64,000 nt of DNA from Octopus sinensis (lineage: Eukaryota), in assembly GCF_006345805.1 (NCBI RefSeq), contig NC_042999.1, positions 146,878,001 to 146,942,000 on the forward strand, given 5' to 3'. Shown here piece by piece: positions 60,257 through 64,000 of this stretch (position 1 is the first letter of the stretch; each line of letters opens with the position of its first letter). Made by a program: the position numbers and the translations under genes. The notes under the pieces were generated by a model. The model was not told the origin of the DNA. It did not search any database and saw nothing but the letters and a program-made list of their open reading frames with translations.

Positions 60257-60441
60257 CAAATAGGTGAGGGATTATCAATCCGAGAAGGATCCTTCCTAAG
60301 TTCTCTGTTGGCACACCACGCTTAGAGTATTACTTAGACTAGTGAGTGTGAAGACTTCCAAGTAATCTTTTGGTAGGGTTCATCACAATTCTATATCTTA
60401 AATCCGTGGATGTGATCAGACCATTATTTTAAACTTGTTTC

Positions 60442-60529
<88 letters not shown>

Positions 60530-60556
60530 TTTATGTAAAAGCAACAGAAATATAAC

Positions 60557-60604
60557 AAAAGCTGTTACTCAGAGTTTCACGTTCCCGTTCATCGGACAGT
60601 TTTA
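60557..60604 (-). ncRNA. Type I hammerhead-ribozyme-like motif (U4C core variant) in a short TA-flanked repeat, probably Penelope-derived
   Basis: The minus strand reads aaaa CTGT CCGATGA ACG-GGAA-CGT GAAA CTC-T-GAG TA ACAG c tttt. Stem I is CTGT/ACAG, stem II is ACG/CGT, the GAAA core is intact, stem III is ACTC/GAGT and the putative cleavage triplet is GUA. The core is CCGAUGA rather than CUGANGA. Confidence 0.6.
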
Positions 60605-60682
60605 AATAAAGCATATTACTCTACCTCTGGTATTTGAGTACTCTTTTTTCCACCTTGTCTCACATTTATGTGCTTACTCCGG

Positions 60683-60726
<44 letters not shown>

Positions 60727-60847
60727 GAGAGAGAGAGAGAATATACACAACATTTATTTACGTGAAAAAATCTGTTTTTATGTTACATGCTCTTAATTAT
60801 GAAACGCTTTTTTTTGCATGCAAATGAATGGATTTTATAAGTGTGTA

Positions 60848-60856
60848 ACTTACCTT
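60848..60856 (-). other. 5' splice donor of the mGluR exon (AAG|GTAAGT)
   Basis: Plus strand acttac at 60848-60853 reads GTAAGT on the minus strand, immediately after the codons for LRLFK. Receptor similarity stops here (the ORF continues as VSYTL...). Confidence 0.93.
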
Positions 60857-61471
60857 AAATAATCTGAGAATGTTGGCTACCATAATGGAGACCAGGCTGG
60901 AGGCAGCCCCTATAACCCCCACGACTGATGTCTTTGGGGAATACTTTGGGGGGCTTCCGTCAGTACAGGTGTAGTCCATTGTGTTTAAGTTCCTTGCACG
61001 GATAAAATCCATCGATTGCTCCAACGCGTAAGTGTCAAAGCTGCATGTATCTAGAATGTGCACACCGACTGAAATATTTGGTAGCAAATAATTGTCTTTG
61101 TTAATCCTGTCCACGGCGAATAACATCGCTTCCATTCTTTGGATCCCTTTCTCTTTTTTTATACTGCCACAAGATTTGCCATCTTGTCCCTTTTCGTGCA
61201 TCGGGAACAGCCCACCGAACACAACCTGGCCGTCGATGCGAATTTTCTTCTCAGTTTCATATTTGCTACCCCCGACCCCTTCGTAAGAAGTAGTAGTGGA
61301 CCGGGAATGGCCGGAATCGCCCAAAGTTACTGAGGACAGTGTTGCTAATAGAAGTCCGCAATAGCAGTAGTAGAAGAACGAATAGAAAGGAAATGCATAA
61401 AAGGCGCATTGTGGCGAGTTGGACGCTGAAGCGATCGTGCAGACAGCCGTTGTGCTTCGCATACCAAACAT
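60854..61471 (-). CDS. GRM8-like: First coding exon of a metabotropic glutamate receptor, group III-like (class C GPCR, leader plus first part of the Venus-flytrap domain)
   Basis: The translation contains [68 protein letters not shown] and [30 protein letters not shown], [13 protein letters not shown] and [13 protein letters not shown] match vertebrate GRM4/7/8 rather than group I or II. ATG at 61471-61469. The 618 bp (206 codons) end at AAG|GTAAGT in phase 0, where the protein normally continues IPQISYAST. The exact paralogue cannot be assigned. Confidence 0.96.
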
Positions 61472-61478
61472 TGCTAGA

Positions 61479-61500
61479 TCTAACAGTCAAATAAATTATA
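61479..61500 (-). other. Possible 3' splice acceptor just upstream of the ATG (would imply an upstream 5'UTR exon)
   Basis: The minus strand reads ...ataatttatttgactgttAG|atctagcaATG, with a T-rich stretch and an AG 8 nt before the start codon. It is weakly pyrimidine-rich and unconfirmed. Confidence 0.4.
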
Positions 61501-61599
61501 TTAATATATCAGCTATATTTTGTTTGCAGAAGTTATATATGAACATCTAAATGTTACGTATATATACGCAGTAGACTGCTTCTCGCAGTTATTCTTATC

Positions 61600-61637
61600 A
61601 ACCATCTACAACCATCTACATAAATAAATAGATAGAG

Positions 61638-61720
<83 letters not shown>

Positions 61721-62170
61721 CGGACAGAAAGACAGACAGGTTAATTCATTAATATCTAGATATATCTTGCTTTGTTATCATCGCCATTCTGGATATACAA
61801 CCAATTCTAATTCTTTCTTTAGTCTTGATCTTGGAAATAAAATTGTAGTTGTGGTTGTTATTGCAGTTGCTATTTCTGTAGATATTCGTGTTGAAAATGA
61901 TGATGGTGTCTGTAATAATGATGAAGATGAGGACGGTGACGTGGCTGAGTAGGATGGCGATGAGATTGGTGATGGAGGTGGCCGTGAAAATAATGTTGAG
62001 AGATGGGACGGGTGTGAAAATGCTGATGATGTAGACACTGGTGACGATATTGCGGATGATGACGCTGATGATAATGATGATGATGATGGTGTGGATATGT
62101 GTGAGGATGAGTATAATGGTGACGATGGTGATGATGATGATGTGGATGCTGTTGGTGGTGTGAGTACCAG
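61600..62170. repeat. (GATA)n tract and GAT/GGT-rich low-complexity block upstream of the mGluR exon
   Basis: (GATA)n at about 61628-61720 and degenerate GAT/GGT triplets at about 61830-62170. Confidence 0.85.
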
Positions 62171-64000
62171 TGGTAACTTCTTCCTGAAAAATTCATTTGG
62201 TGGGGTATGTTGAGATGTGTGCTTGCTGTAGTGAGCATAAATGCATGTGTGTCTGTGTCTTTGTGTATGTATGTGCGTGTGAGTGTCAATGTATTTATAG
62301 ATGTATGTGGAACTGGGTGTATAATAATATGAATGGCAAGCTTAGTGTATGCCAATGCGAAGGTTCGTTTCGTAGAACGAGCAAAGTGTCTATGAATGGT
62401 CTACGGAATAAGTACATCTGTGTGCTTGTGTGTGTTTTACATGTGGAGTTTGTGTATATATGTAATAATTACTCTGAATGTATGTCAATGTGTGTGTGTG
62501 TGTTTGTGTGCTTAAAACAAACTCTAAAGATGAGTAAATGAATGTGTGTTTATCCGTTTCCCATTGTGAATGAATTTTAGAGTGTATATGACTGCCTGAA
62601 TATGTGTGTGTATCAGCTTGTGTATATTAGTGTATTTTTGAATGTGTATGTCGTTGTGTGTGTGAGTTTGTATGTGACTATGATACGGATAAACGTGAAT
62701 ATATGACTTTGCTTAAAAATAGAAACGGAGTGGAAAGGGATGATGGAGGGAAAAACACCCGACGAGTGTTTCAAGTGGAGCTTTTAAGTGGATAGATTTT
62801 GTGCAACAAAATATTCGGACTGATCATATGTTATTAAGTCTATAAAATGAACGTGTGTAAATGTGAGTATATACACACACAAATGTAAATTCAAACACAC
62901 ACACGCATAGACATAAGTGTTTGCGTATATGAGTGAGTAAGATTTACAGCTATTAAAAAAGGAATAACCTGACCGTTTTCATTTTGTGTTCACGGACACA
63001 TACCAAAAGAATTTATAATGTATGTTGTGTAAGAAGCAATTCTTGACTACATAGTTTTTTCTTACAGATTACACTTAAATTATTTAATGAGACTTGTTTT
63101 CCTTTTTCCTCTTTCGTCCTTGCTTCTGAAAGTTTATCTTTCTTATCTTTCTTCTTCACGGAATTCTTTGTTATTTGCCAGTTCAAAAATGTTTCTACAG
63201 TAGTCACGACTGATTAGTGTGCCGTTTGGTCAATTTCACATTCCTGAAAGTAAACAGATGAAAAGAAGTGAAAGTAGAAATAATATTGATAAATGATATC
63301 TAGTTAAAATTACAAACATGGAAATATGTATGGTATCATGGAATGGTATCTTGTACAAATGTACTCGCATGAGAACACATCTCTCCTTCTTTCACGTCCT
63401 TTGTTTTTTCACTGTCTCTCTTTCAATATTTTAGTTTATTTCTACATTCTTACATATATGTGTAAATATATATACATTCGTACATATGTGTAAATCACAT
63501 ATACACATACAAACACACATACATACATACACACATACATACATACATACATACATACATACATACATACATACATACATACATACATACATACATACAT
63601 ACATACATGTGTGAACATGTTTATGTATATGTATGCACGTATGTATATTGATGTCTATTCTTGTTATAAAATAAACAAACGGAGAAAACAAAACAAGAAT
63701 TTAAGCGAGTGTACACAATATACAGAATAAAATCATTTGTTTTTTTAGACGATGGATCTCACAAAAATCATATTTCCTACTCTCAGACAAATACTTTAGA
63801 ATTAAAATAATACAAACAAAGGGAAATCACATCATCTAAATGCACTCATATAAATATATACTGATGTATCGCCATATGTCTGTATATATCACACATATAT
63901 CATATGTATGTATACATGTATATGCATACATATTGATATATATATATGTGTATACACATATGTAGATATATTATATAAATATATGACACATACATAGTGC

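Overview
AT-rich eukaryotic DNA packed with microsatellites ((TA)n, (CA)n, (TATG)n, (TCTA)n, (AAT)n and other triplets) and several tRNA-headed SINE families. The repeat repertoire strongly suggests an Octopus or other coleoid cephalopod genome (inference). The only convincing protein-coding sequence is one minus-strand exon (61471->60854) encoding the N-terminal Venus-flytrap part of a group III-like metabotropic glutamate receptor. It ends at a canonical GTAAGT donor after ...ILRLFK. By eye I found no following exon (IPQISYAST...) in the ~60.8 kb downstream, so most of the window is probably one large intron. That intron holds SINEs, decayed transposon ORFs (mariner, Penelope GIY-YIG, CR1-like LINE, R4/Dong-like RT), two fold-back MITE-like elements, a perfect palindrome, a 274-bp tandem duplication and three hammerhead-ribozyme-like motifs, all three in the sense orientation of the receptor pre-mRNA. 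Almost all other ORFs in the supplied track are microsatellite read-throughs. No prokaryotic features or CRISPR arrays are present. All calls are by eye and no searches were run.
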